A DNA stretch of 63,999 nt, the filler included, from Piptocephalis cylindrospora (taxonomy: Eukaryota), in NCBI GenBank assembly GCA_003614145.1. It is 8 parts of 8 records of this genome, joined end to end, with 100 filler letters (N's around TTAATTAATTAA, not from the genome) between each part and the next. Parts side by side here need not be neighbours in the genome. Positions count along the whole stretch, not along the records: positions 24,616 to 32,693 come from KZ988171.1; positions 32,794 to 40,867 come from KZ988172.1; 6 more parts are not named here. One strand, written 5' to 3'. Every line of letters starts with the position of its first letter. Positions within the stretch are counted from its first letter, which is position 1. The position numbers and the translations under genes were made by a program. The notes beneath the pieces were generated by a model. The model was not told the DNA's origin. It saw only the letters and a list, made by a program, of their open reading frames with translations, and ran no database searches. This document shows positions 24,616 through 36,801 of the stretch, in pieces.

Positions 24616-25932
24616 GACGGAGACGAGGTTGGCAGGCCAGACCATGGAGGCTGGACGGATGAGGAATCTACGAAAGATGCCTGATAGGCCATATCCGATG
24701 CACTGGGTGGTGAGGAGGAGGAGGAGGGCGCCAACGACAGGGATCTCCTTGGCGTAATAGAGTTTCTGAACGGAGATGATGTCCACAGCATAGGCGACGC
24801 TGCCTCCGGCATTGGCGGCGACGCCGATGAGCATGTGCTCCTTAACATTGAAGGGACCACGGTTCAGGGTGAATCTCCAGCCCCAGATGGAAAAATACTT
24901 ATTGGGCAAGATACGAGCCATCAGCTTCCCCAGGAAGAATGAGGCGAGCTGGACAAAGAAAATGGAGTATATGGGAGAGTTGCTGCGAAAGTAGTAGAAT
25001 TGGGAAATTCCTGCGCCAAGCGCGGTGAAAAGGGTGGCGAGGACCCAGAAGCGGAAGGTGAGGCAAGGCAAGGATGGATCATCTTGGATGGGGACGGTTG
25101 CTCTATCGGAACCAGGGGGGGAAGAGAAGGGAGGGATGAGAAGAGAGGAGGGGGGAGGAGGAGGAGGAGGAGGAGGAGGAGGAGGATGGAAAACTTACGC
25201 CACAATCTCAATGGGAGAATTTTCCTCTTCGGGCAACTCGGGCTCCTCCCCATCGTCATAGTACTCTTCTTCCAGATCCGGGCCATGGTAACCATCGTAA
25301 TAATCCGAGTTGAACATGTCCTTTTCCTGAGTGACACGGTCGGGCCCGGACATCCCGGAAGCATGTCGTCTTCGGGGGCTGGTGGTGGTAGCGGTGGCCG
25401 AGGTGGAGGGGGAGGTGACATTCATCTCGTGGGTCTCCCCTCCTCCTCTATCCCCCCGAGGATGGGGCTGGTAGGAATGAGAGGGGGGGTTGGGGCCGTA
25501 CCCGGGTTCATCCGCCCAATATCCAGCACCCAGATTGGTGGGATGAGGAAAGGATTCCGGACCAGTATCTGAAATCGAAGGGTCGTGATCCGAACCCTCA
25601 GCCTCCAGATACCGGGCGTATTCATCGGCATACGAGTAAGGAGAGGCATCTGATCGGATGGGGTTAGAATCTTCCTCTCTGGGCGGGTAAGAATCCTCAG
25701 GATGATCGAGGAGGTAGGTGCGGTTACGGGTGTCCATCTGGGAGAGGATGTGTTGTGCGTCGGCTGACATTCGATTATGCTCCTCTTCAGTATATGGGGA
25801 GGCCCTGTAAGTTGGATTGCTCTCCTCCACCAAGTAGGAGCGACCGCCTGAGGGGTCTACAACGGCATCCTCCGACGAGTCCATGGGTTCCAGGTAAGAC
25901 TGGGCCAAGTACTCTTCTCTTCTGTCCGACAT
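24616..25932 (-). CDS. OPT oligopeptide transporter with long acidic N-terminus, 3' truncated
   Basis: EEENSPIEIV(R)ATVP..DDPSLPCLTFRFWVL, NRGPFNVKEH, LLTTQCIGYGLSGIFRRFLIRPASMVWPANL. Confidence 0.93.
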
Positions 25933-26948
25933 GGCCGGTAGAGAGAGAGGGGGCGGGGGAGAGGGGAGGGGGGATAGGCTATGACTAGGAAACGACTGGC
26001 GCTATGGGGATACCCAAAATGGTAGAAAGGATGAGAGAAAGAAGAAAAAAGCAAGGTAAGGAAGAAAATAGGGTGGGAAGAAGAAAAGGATAATGAATGA
26101 AAGGTGTATCAAGAGAGGGAGAGGCCTAGAGATGGGAAGGGAAGAGGGGGAAGGGTTTTGGGACGGGATGAAACGAGCGAGGGGAAGAAGAGGCAGAAAG
26201 GTTCATGCCTTAATTTGCCAAAGTCAGACGAGGGACAAAGGGATCAAGATATGGGTTGCTTCAAGCAGACTGGGCCAAGATAGAATGAAGGGGGGGGGGG
26301 AGGAGACGAGGTAGAATGGATAGAGTGGGTGAGAGGGGGAAATGATTGATGGATGGAAGGACTGCGAGTGGACCTTCTAGGCAGGTCGTTGGATGACTTG
26401 TTGCAGGAATGAACCTGCAGGGCCAAGGGGAGAGAGAAAGGTGATGATGGTTGTGATAGCATGTAAGTAGGTAGAGCGGAGAGAAACGCCAACACTACCC
26501 CGTTGGGTTTGGGGCTGGAAAGGAGAGGAGACTGTGTGTGTGTGAGAGAGAGAGCGGTATGTGTGGGAGAAGGAGGGTCAGAACTACCAACCATGACCCT
26601 CAGATCTCACTGGTCTAACCAGGCGAAGCGAGGGTCCCACCTGCCTAATGGACCATTCCGTCCGAACCCAAGGAGGGTAATGGAAACTCCGATGGGGAAG
26701 GAAGATTCACCTGCACGGAATCACACACACACATACTAGGAGGGTAAGGAAGACGGGGAAGGTAAAAGGGTGGGAGATGATGGATAGGGATCATTGAATT
26801 AACCGAAAGTGACAACAAAGAAGCCGGGAGTGGTGAAGAGGATCGGATGAGCGATGATTTTGCATTGAGAGACATTATTGGTCCTTGGCCTCCCTGAAGA
26901 GAAGAACGGGATGAGACACCATTTCGAAGGGTAGATCGAGTAGACAGA

Positions 26949-27102
26949 AATTGATCATGCCGTTGGTGATTGACTATACCAGGTGGGATTGACCATGCCG
27001 TTGACGATTGACTATACCAAGTGGAATTGACCATGCCAGGTGGGACGGGTGATATATCAAGTGGGATTGACCATACCAAGTGAGATTGACCATACCAAGT
27101 AG
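26949..27102. repeat. 19-bp minisatellite, about 8 copies, consensus GATTGACCATACCAAGTGG
   Basis: Units begin at 26949, 26968, 26987, 27006, 27025, 27044 (21 bp, degenerate), 27065 and 27084. Confidence 0.85.
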
Positions 27103-28643
27103 GATGATGACACCCACTTGAATTCCCTCTTGGCTTAAAGACAGACGATCAAGGTGACAATATACCTGCCCACGTCATAGGATGAAGAATGCGAGGGGAC
27201 GGGCTACTCTCTCGAGGTGGCACGCCTATCCCTATATCAAGAGATGATGGTAGTCCATGTCATGAGACCAGTTCATGGGTTAACCCATGAGTGTGTGTGG
27301 GGTAGTTACGCATTCAGGGTGCAAACAGGGCGTGTACTACCCAGCTGACATGGGGAAAGTAGACGCGCTCTACAAAGACATCAAAGGTATGTGGCCCGGA
27401 TCCTGGCTCGTTTATCGCAGAAAGACTGCCTTATATTCGGCATGCGCTCTCCTGGATCCTGGAAAGGCCAGCATGGCTGATCAATCACATGTGATGTCCC
27501 ATGATCCTTTTTCTGAAGGGATGGATCGCCATGTCTCCTAGGAGGATTGGTCCTCTTCATCCCCTTGGAATGGCCATTCAGGCGCCTGTTGAATGGGAAG
27601 ATGGATGCGTTGACCCTCTTTGTGTACTCTTAAACTGGCCATTTGGACAAGTGAGAGAAGTATCACCGGAGCCTTGATGCTAGGCAAACTCATTCTTTTT
27701 GTCCCATGGCCAGGCCCTTGCAGGCTGCCGAATACCCATTGTCATGAGTGTTTCCTTTCTCATGATCATGAACACACTTTGCATCATGGCTAGGATTACT
27801 TACCATCCCTCTGGCCTTTTCCTTTGTTGCTGTTTGTCCACGTGTGGATTTCAGAAAAGTCGCTGACAATGTGGGGGAGGGGGGGAAAGGCCTCCTTGGG
27901 GATCAGTCGGATACCTGTGAGGAGGTGGCTTTTCGACTCCGGTATCTATCTGATTCCCTCATTGAGGTGCAAGGAAGACCCATTGTCACCCAGCCCTTAC
28001 ACAAAAAGGACCCTGCCCCGCACCATATAGCGTCAGTTGGAGAGATAAGATGGTAAGGTATGTGTGTGTGTGTGTGTGTTCTTTCCTTTTCTTGGTCGCT
28101 CACTCAAAGATAGGGAAAGGAACATGGAGGGGAAGGGCAGGGTGCGCGCGCTGCAGAGCATGGATCGTACGACCCTCATCCCAACGAGCCCCAGTCCTAC
28201 CCAGCCCGACCCAAGCCCCCTCCCCACCCTCCAACCCCACATCCCCAAAGTACCGCTCCTTTGTATTCACGGGCACCCTGCAACCAACCGGTCTGGACAC
28301 GCTTACTCAACTCAAAGGGTAGCGTTGCATTGGAAAGGATGATTGACCCTGGAATAATGTCCTCGCCCCTGGGCTGCCCCAGCCAAATGACAAGGGCGTT
28401 CTTTTTGGGCTGAAGGACTGGTTATCCCAACCCCATTTGTCTTCCCCTTGCTCCAGCGACGACTGCATTCATTTCATATAAAGCATCACGTAGATGCTCC
28501 CCATTCTTCCTCCCCCTTCCCTGGAACCCTCACCTTCACCTTTACTCACGACCCTACCCTACCCTACCCCGCCCTAGTACTCATCCCATCCTCTACATCC
28601 TTCCCTGGCCTCTTGTCCCTTGGCCCAGTCCGCCATTGTCATC

Positions 28644-29207
28644 ATGTCCTTCCTCCACATCCCGCGTCTTTCCCTTTTCCTTCTTGTCCTTTCCCTCCTT
28701 CTCGCCCTGTCTATGGCCTATCCGCTCCAGCAAGAAAGGACCGGGGCACATGACTCCACAAAATCCACGAGAATGTCGGATCAACCTGACCTGATGGACA
28801 TTATTCGCGGGCCCATCTACGGAACACCTCTTTATGTCCCAATGGCAACCCGGTCCAAGGCTTCTGAGTCCAAGGTCCGGGAGGGGATGAGGCAGCGGGC
28901 ACAAAATCTCGTTCAAGCCCAGTCGCACGGGGATGGTGGCCGTCCCTCTCGCTCCTCCCACCCCTCCTCCTCAGGGCCCACACGTCCCCCAAGGACCATG
29001 TCCCTACGGTCAGCATCACCCCCGTTGAACTTTGGTGAGGCCTCCCCAGCTCCCGCGCCCCCGAGCGCTGATGGGGAGACGCCCACCAAGGTAGAGGAGG
29101 ATGAATATGAACGATTTGATGCTCGTTGGCTAGCCATGCGAACCTCGCTCCAGGATCAAGATTCCTCCACCGACTATCAGGATCTGGATGATCCAGATGA
29201 TGATTGA
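28644..29207 (+). CDS. Orphan secreted protein, about 187 aa, single exon
   Basis: Signal-peptide-like MSFLHIPRLSLFLLVLSLLLALSMA-YP; TATAAA at about 28477; Ser/Pro-rich body with an acidic tail. Confidence 0.7.
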   Translation: MSFLHIPRLSLFLLVLSLLLALSMAYPLQQERTGAHDSTKSTRMSDQPDLMDIIRGPIYGTPLYVPMATRSKASESKVREGMRQRAQNLVQAQSHGDGGRPSRSSHPSSSGPTRPPRTMSLRSASPPLNFGEASPAPAPPSADGETPTKVEEDEYERFDARWLAMRTSLQDQDSSTDYQDLDDPDDD

Positions 29208-29546
29208 TCTTCCCTCCCTTTCTTGGATGTACTTCACCCCCTCCCCCCCCCCTAACCAACTGCCCTGTCATAACCTCTCTGTCATTATCCTTTACTTCAT
29301 CTTACGCCCCCTACCTTTACCCTTCTCTGCACATACCTCATCTGTTTCTTCCATTTTTCTCTCATAACTCATCCACCCGAATGCAACTTTTATTTGCCAT
29401 TTAGACCCACGACCCGTGTATGCTTGACGTGTGCTATCTCTTGTACCATGATAAGGGAATCTGATTACGGGAGGATGCATACACTATGAAGATCCCGGTG
29501 CACTATGTCGTACGCATTCAATCATCTGCTAATCCATTCTTCCACC

Positions 29547-30244
29547 TCACTCGTAAAAATGTTTGGCCCACAAAGGAGGCCTTCGAGCATGACCCTTCTT
29601 CTCCGACTTGTACGCCAGCATCTCCTCCAGTGACTTGCGGGCTGAATCCAAGGGGCTTAGGGCTTCAGGCTGCTCTATCCCCTCCTTCTCCAGTAGCTCC
29701 TTCCCCTTCAGAACGGCATCCTCGTACTCCTGATCGGATGCTGCGTACTTGGGAGCCAAGGCTCGAGTCATGGCCTCGTTGGCCGACCTCGATGGGGCTT
29801 GGAAGATTGGACCCGTGATGGCTGCCGCTGCTATTCCATCCCCCAAGTTGTACAAGAATCCGTGCTCTGGGGGCGATGGTGCTTCACTGACCGGCGCACC
29901 CTTCTCCGATGGGCCTTCACTGATCGGTATACTCTTCTCCGATGGGCTTGACTGGGAGAGGAAGAAATAATGAGGATGAGGTCCATCTCAAAAGGTAATT
30001 ATCGACGATGACACCAGCTTACCTGGACGGGGTGTATCAGTTTTCCAGCCTTTCCTACATCAGTTATACTTGCTTGAGATGGAGGCTAGTTCAAGGGGGC
30101 GGATGGTTGGTCGGCGATACATCACCCATGTGCACCCTCTCTCACTAGACCTTTACGTACTGCTTCGGGATGGGGTAGGGGTAGGGCATGGGTAGTTAGA
30201 GTCAAGGACGCGAGGCCAAGAAGGGCCGGTAGAACAAGGAGCAT
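29547..30244 (-). CDS. Orphan secreted protein, 3 exons, with an internal 33-bp duplication
   Basis: MLLVLPALLGLASLTLTTHA-LPLPHPEA. Two phase-0 introns (GTACGT..TAG, GTAAGC..CAG) join in frame to ...KHFYE*. Confidence 0.75.
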
Positions 30245-31177
30245 TCGTGAGGAGTGGTAGTCGTAACTTTGAGGAGGTAGGGTAAGGAAATGCCGGTCGT
30301 GGGTCAGAGCGTGGAAGGTGAAGTCGTAGGGTAAAGGTTCAAGCAAGGCACCTTTCCTGCTTGATTTCGTTCTCTTTCCTCAAAGATCCTTTCATAGATG
30401 CAGAACGGCTATCCCCGCCATTGAGAGGCTCTAGTCAGAGGTCGGTGTCGGAGTTGATAAGCATTTGTGCTTTGCAGTGTCAAATCAACTCTGGTTTTTC
30501 AATGTCCGATGTCACCATCCAAGACGCTATGAGTGCAATCTAGGACTGGTGAATCTCTTTCTAGGAGAATAAACTCTAGCATACATCCAGCCTGGATCAT
30601 CCAGGGTCAAGACAAAAGACTTTGCATTTACCAACCTAGCCGCTATCAGTATGGAGACTCGGCTCGTCCGTGACCCATCCCCTTTTGTGGGGATTGCTGT
30701 GTATGTATGATCAGGGCTAGCCGTAGATGGTCTGAAGAGCAGGTTCAGGGTTCCGGCTCTCACCCGCTAAAGTTACTCTGTGAATAGCACGTTCTACAGC
30801 AGATATCCACCATTGGGATGTCTTGTAGAAGTCGGCTGAGTATCTATAGGTTATTGAATAGTCAATTATAAATACCTCGGAGTCCAGAGCATCTTTCTCC
30901 TCTTCCTTTTCCTCCTTCCCCTTCTCTTTCCTATCCTTCCTCTTCCCCCTCCTCTTTCCCATCCTTCCTCTTCTTCCTTTGCCTCCTCTTTCTCAGACCT
31001 TTTTGATTTCGCTCCGTTCTCCCAAACGGCATTCATCCCTCTCCCAACACCCCCTCATCCTTTGGCCTTCAACTCGGCTGTCTAACGTAGCGTTGCTCTC
31101 TCTCCACTCTTCTTTCCCATTCTCTCTCTCCCCTCGCTCTCAATCATCCTTCACCTCGCCCCCTCTCCACCACCACC

Positions 31178-31649
31178 ATGAAGCTCTTTTATGCCTCCTC
31201 GCTCCTCCTCCTTTGTCTTGTGATCCAAGAGACACACGGTGCTGGATTTTTGGCAGGCTTTAAGACCTTCTTCAAGAAAGGTAGCTGCTCTCTTCATAAA
31301 GCGTCAATGACATTGATTGTCCAGGAACAGTATAAATCTCACGCCCTCCCCTCCCCTTTCCTTAGGGACCACGACCAATCCATCACCGCCCCCACGGGCA
31401 CCCCCACCCAGTAAGTCGTGTTAACTCCCATGTGCAAGCTTGGTCTGATTCAATTATCGCCTCTACTCACCTGTCCACCTCTCATTTTCTTTAGATTCCA
31501 AAAACGTATCTCCGGCCCCATTGAACAATAAGAAGGCCACTACTCTCAAAGGGTCTAAGTGGGACATGAGTTCTCGAAAGCGCCCAAAGCCAAGGGTACA
31601 GGGGATGCTTAGAGAGGGTACAGACGGAGACTTTCGGCTTTCGTCATAG
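31178..31649 (+). CDS. Small secreted basic peptide, probably 3 exons; C-terminal frame uncertain
   Basis: MKLFYASSLLLLCLVIQETHG-AGFLAGFKTFFKKG. Candidate introns 31281-31365 and 31411-31494. Confidence 0.6.
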
Positions 31650-32514
31650 CCTGGCTCCTCTGCTCGTGGTAAGGGGTAAACAAGGCAGCATGGAATGCTT
31701 TGAATCGAGTATCAGGAGATATAAGCCCAGAATCTATCATGTTCTCTTTGTTGATCTTCTGGATAAGATCGATGAAGTTCAATCGGTTAGTTATTATTTA
31801 CGCGCTGACCTTGTCAGAGCAATGCTCCAGCCTCGCATGTTAGGAGCAATGGAAACGGTGATCGATGTTGCCATTGTCAAGGCGCCTGGGTGAACCGATA
31901 CGCCTTCCAAATATATTTCCATCTAGCCATTTATGAGCACCGTTTCTCTCTCTGGAAAGTGAATGAACTTTGCCATGCAATGCATCACTGCTCGTCATTT
32001 GCTCTCTGTCTACACACATGGTTTATTACTACGACTTGCATAGCTGTAGGGTTTTGGGCGCTGAGAGTGCTGTGTTTCGCGGGAGGAGACGAAGGATAGA
32101 TGAGGATGATTAGAAGGCCAAGTTCATCATTATTACCCTTCCCCTCAAAGGGTGAGATCATCTATGAAATCCAAGAGTATGCATATCCCGCGTCATGTAA
32201 GATGCAAGGTGGAATGAATGATCTCCCATAGCACTGGAACCGCCGGTTAGTTAGATCCAGTCTACCGTTGCACCACATAAACACAGCTAAGTTCCAACCC
32301 CGTTCTACTCCAGTCCCAAACCGATGTATAGAGCTCATTCGAGAGAGGAAACCAGACTCCTGAATTGGGTAACGACTCCTCCATCCTCTCTCCTCCCATC
32401 CTCTTCTGCCCTCTCCCTTAACGACAATTTAAGCTCCTCCCTATTCTAGGTGACTCCCTCCTGCCTTATTGACTAAACCCATAGTGATACGACGTTCCTC
32501 CCTTACATCCTGAC

Positions 32515-32693
32515 ATGCACTTCCCACTCTCTCTACTTTTTCTTTCTCTTCTTGCCACATTATGGAGTTTAGGATGGACAGCCCCCATTCCCAATGGGTT
32601 CTTATGGGGTATGGTGGAATACGGAACGGCTGGTCTTGCTTGGGGTGTACCCTCAGGCCTGCTCGGCGGTCCCGTGGGGTCCTTGTACACATA
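32515..32693 (+). CDS. Small secreted Gly-rich protein, 3' truncated
   Basis: MHFPLSLLFLSLLATLWSLGWT-APIPNG...GTAGLAWGVPSGLLGGPVG. Confidence 0.65.
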
Positions 32694-32793
32694 NNNNNNN
32701 NNNNNNNNNNNNNNNNNNNNNNNNNNNNNNNNNNNNNTTAATTAATTAANNNNNNNNNNNNNNNNNNNNNNNNNNNNNNNNNNNNNNNNNNNN

Positions 32794-35700
32794 TTGCATC
32801 CCCGGAATTTTCGAGGTCGTCTGAGCATAATCGTGGCCCTTTCTTCACCTCTAAATGAAGGGTAAGGCGTGGTGAGGAGGAAAAGTCCCAGGGGAAAAGA
32901 CTGCCCCATTGGACTCCGTCCCTTCCATCTCTCCTCCGTTCGTCGACTCCTTGATCTATGTGGGTCGAGCTTCCTTTGGGTTGCTTGGCTTTCCACTTTC
33001 TCAACGCCTGCTCGTACCGATGGATCCAAACACAGGTCAGTCCGTTGGATGGTAATTTCCATCTAGGAGGAACAGAGTCCTCCATTCCAATGGGGACCTC
33101 ACTAAGCTTCTCCTCAGCCGACAGCACCAATTCAATATGTATATCGCCCTTGGCTAAATCCAAGGCAAAGGCTGATGATGCTTCGTCGTCCTCATCAACT
33201 TCAGATACTCCATTATCCTCTACTTCTTCCTCGGCGTCCTCTTCCGGACGTGTTGCGTCTTCACCTAACTGGTCTTCATCATCCATTGCGTCATCCGAGG
33301 AGGAGCCCTCAACGTCAATCATCTCCTCATCTTGGGTCATTGCTCCTTCTCCCTCTTCCTCCTCCATCATATCCTCATCTTCCCCCTCATCTTCATCATC
33401 TTCATCCTCAGTATCATCCAGACCATAGGCATCTCTTTCATCCGATTCAAAGTCAATACGAGAAAGAATAGACCGACGTCTTCTTTGCTCGACCAAATCG
33501 TGTATAACCGTCCTCTCCACCTCTCGAAAGGTCTGAAGGCCGGACATGTCCAGTATCATGCATCTTTCATCGGCGTTCCTTTTTCTCCCAGACCCTTCTT
33601 CATCTTGAGGGAGAGACATCCGAACCGAAGATCTAGAAGCCTTCCACTGTGGAATGGAGTCCTTACCAGCAGGAACAATGCGGAGTACGTATTTTCGGCC
33701 GAGGAATAGTGAATCCTGCCTACCATCCTCGGCTATACCATTCAACCTCCCGCCCTGAGAAGGTGACTCGTCCTGATCGGTGGGGCCAGTATGAAGCGGA
33801 AGTACCTGGTCCTCCTCTTTTCCGGTCCCCAAGCGATTCATGGCCTCATGGATAGTGTGGAGTAAGTCAAGAAGGGGAAAAGTCGCCCCCTTCCACTCAT
33901 TGCCTAAGGAAGAGGGGAAAAAGAGAGTGTGGAAGACTTGCTTCGCCTGTGCACTTCCATCCTCAAGGATGTGCAGGAGAGCATCGATCATACCTGAATG
34001 AACGACTTCAAAGGCGGAGATTCTTCGTTTTTGATGGGTCAAATGACCCACCAGGGCAGTCAACAAGGAATGAATTCGATCCTCTCGCTCCTTCTCTCCC
34101 ATAGACTTGTCTTGGGAGGCAGTATTTACCTCCCTCAAAGCCTGACATATCTCGGATAACCTTCGCTCCCCTGCGCCACTATCCTTCTCCCTTTCCCCTT
34201 CCTCTCCTTGTAGAAGGGCGTGCATATTCTTAGAAAGGAGGGTGGATCGTTGCTTTAGCCACTCCCTCGTATCTTTTCCAATCGGGTTTACTAACGCGTC
34301 CATGGAAGAACCTTCTTGCCGATCATCCGATCGGAAGAGTGAGGGGTGGGAGGAACGTAGGAGGCCTTGCATGACTCGTGTAAAGTCCTCTCCTGTCACA
34401 TCTCCTTCCTGAGCACTAGCGGAGGTAAGGCGTCGCAGGATATCAGAAACCCTGGTAAAGGACTCTGAGGAGTTATCTTCATCATCAGCTCCGCCAGTTT
34501 CCTCTTCCCTCTCTCCCTCCTCTTCTTCCATCACTTCCCCCTCTCTCTCGACCTCCTCAGTGGTGTCCTCCGTCTCGTTCTTCCTCTCTTCAATGCCTTT
34601 ATCCTTATCGCCATCGTTAATCTCCTCATCGAGGTCTCCCTGGGAGAGCTTATCAATGGCATAGAGGACGCCTTGCCGATCCAAGTCGGTGACAGCATCA
34701 ATTCCGCCTCGTTCCACTAACCATTCCACCAATTGCACCCCCCCAACAGAGATGGTACGGCCAGGGTCCTTTGGGCCAAAGAGAACGTCTGCAGCGTATC
34801 CGGCGATGAGGCTGAGATGGGTTTCAAGCCAAGGAGCTTCGGAATGAGAAATGAGGGAAAGGAGGCACTTGACAATGGATTTTTGCACAGTTAACCGATC
34901 CCCTGATGACCCGGGCGATTGAGCGGCCTTGATTAGTACTGGAATGAGGATCTTTGAGAGAAAGAAAGAAAGTACAACGGATAAGTAAGCACGCGAATAT
35001 TGGTTTAAGGATAGAGTGCCTCTCTTCATCTCCCGCCCCCCAGTTTTCCTAAGCTTAAACCTACCTTATCTGCTGCTTCCAGCCACTCTTTATTATCGGT
35101 TTCGCCTTGAGTACTATGATCAGCATCAGTCTCCTCGCTAGCAGACCCCTTTCCCCCCTTTCTCTGAGCCTTGCGATACTCCCTAAAGGATATATGATCA
35201 GGGAGGATATGTCGGAGTAGATTTAAGACTTCTCGGATCCCCGTGGTCCCCTGAGGAGGATCCAGCCAGCCGGCAAGAAGCTCAAGGTTCAGCGGATCTC
35301 GCAGGATTTTTTGGCACTCAGAAGAAGAGGAAGTAAGGGGTGTGAGGAAACGGAGGATAGTTGGAGCGTGGGGTGAGCCAATCGGGGAAAGAAGGCGGAT
35401 CATGCTCTGAAGGATATCCGAATCAATGATCCGGCTCAAGATATCCGGATGGGAAGCATACCTTTCCACAATCCTGGCCCAGGCGGTACATGCATGGGCC
35501 AAGACCTGAAGATCTGTGCTGGGGGGGGAAGGGGAGGAGTTGATGAGATCACGTAAGACCGGGACTGCTTGGATGACTTCTTCCACCATCCCAGGATCCA
35601 GATGAGCACAGCATGTGGCGATACAGGAAAGTGCAGTCCGTTGAGTCCGAATCTCGAAAAAGGAAAGGGGAGCAAGGATAATGGGAAGACCTCCGGCCCG

Positions 35701-36801
35701 AACAATCTGAGCTCCGCAGGGATGGGCCAGCTTAGAAAGAGTAAGAAGAGCCTGTTCAGTGACGTCCATGTCAACAATCTCCCGAAGATGACCACATAGA
35801 CCGGGGATCACGGATCGATCAGCATGAATGGCAGAGACGGTGGGAGCGGGTAGGACCTCAATAAGATGAGCAACACATCGGGAAGCAAGAAGCGAGACCT
35901 GGGACCCAAAGAGATAGGAATTTAACGAAATGAGAGGGGAAAGGGCACGGATGAAGGAGGGAGGATGCAGACTACCGGCTAAATCATCCTCTTGACTGAT
36001 GATGAGATCTTGTGCAAGTTGTTCAAGGCCGAGCAGCTGAATTGTTGGATCATCTGAGGTGATTTGCTGGAGAAAGGCCTTGAACTGAGGAGAGTTTCGT
36101 GAGACGCTTCCACCAGACATCATCCTACCTCGAGGGCTGGATAGGTGAATATGGTAAGGCTGTAGGGGAGAGGTCGCGGAAGAGGAGGAGCGTGGATGAT
36201 CCAATCCCAAGGCTCCCTCTTGTTCCTCATCTCCGTTTTCCTCATCGTATTCTTCTGAATTTCCCTCATCGTCTTCCTCATCATCGTCTTCATCCAGTTC
36301 CTCGTGCTCATCATCATCATCATCATCAATGTGCTCCATGGAATCCGACATGTCGTGCATATCATTTCGAAATTCAATTTCTGTATCGTCCTCTTCGTAG
36401 GCAGAGATGGCGTTGATGAAGTTGATAAACTCCGAAGGAAGACTAGCAGGGATGGAGGAAGAGGAGGAAGCAGTGGTAGTGGTAGGAGTGGTACTGCCTG
36501 AGGATGGTTCACGATCATCTTGTCCGGTCCTTCTAGTCCCGCCTTCTGATTGGGAATTACGTGTTGATCTGGGCATGGCTGGTTCAGGATGGGTGAGAAG
36601 ACGACGACGAAGCCGACGATGACGGTCAGAGTCAGAGCCTTGGGAGAGGGAGGGGGAATCGGGGCTTGAGCTTCGGAGACGCCTACGGCGATAATGCAAA
36701 GAGGATGTTTCTGGGGTAGCAGGGGTGGGGGAAGGACGACTTGTAGGAGATGGGGACCTAGGCTGATCACTCGACGAGGATTTGGAGGAAGGCAAAGGCA
36801 T
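32794..36801 (-). CDS. UFD4: Ufd4/TRIP12-type HECT E3 ligase, ARM-repeat N-terminal part; HECT domain beyond the contig end
   Basis: DDPTIQLLGLEQLAQDLIISQEDDLAG, LLASRCVAHLIEVLP, MDVTEQALLTLSKL, LSFFEIRTQRTAL, ISAFEVVHSGMI. One intron near 35000. Confidence 0.8.

Noticed and set aside
26949..27102. CRISPR-like appearance of the 19-bp array
   Set aside because: Contiguous tandem units with no unique spacers, eukaryotic context, no cas genes.
31666..32099. Two short adjacent plus-strand ORFs inside the secreted-protein island
   Set aside because: No signal peptide, motif or credible splice model; at most a relic.
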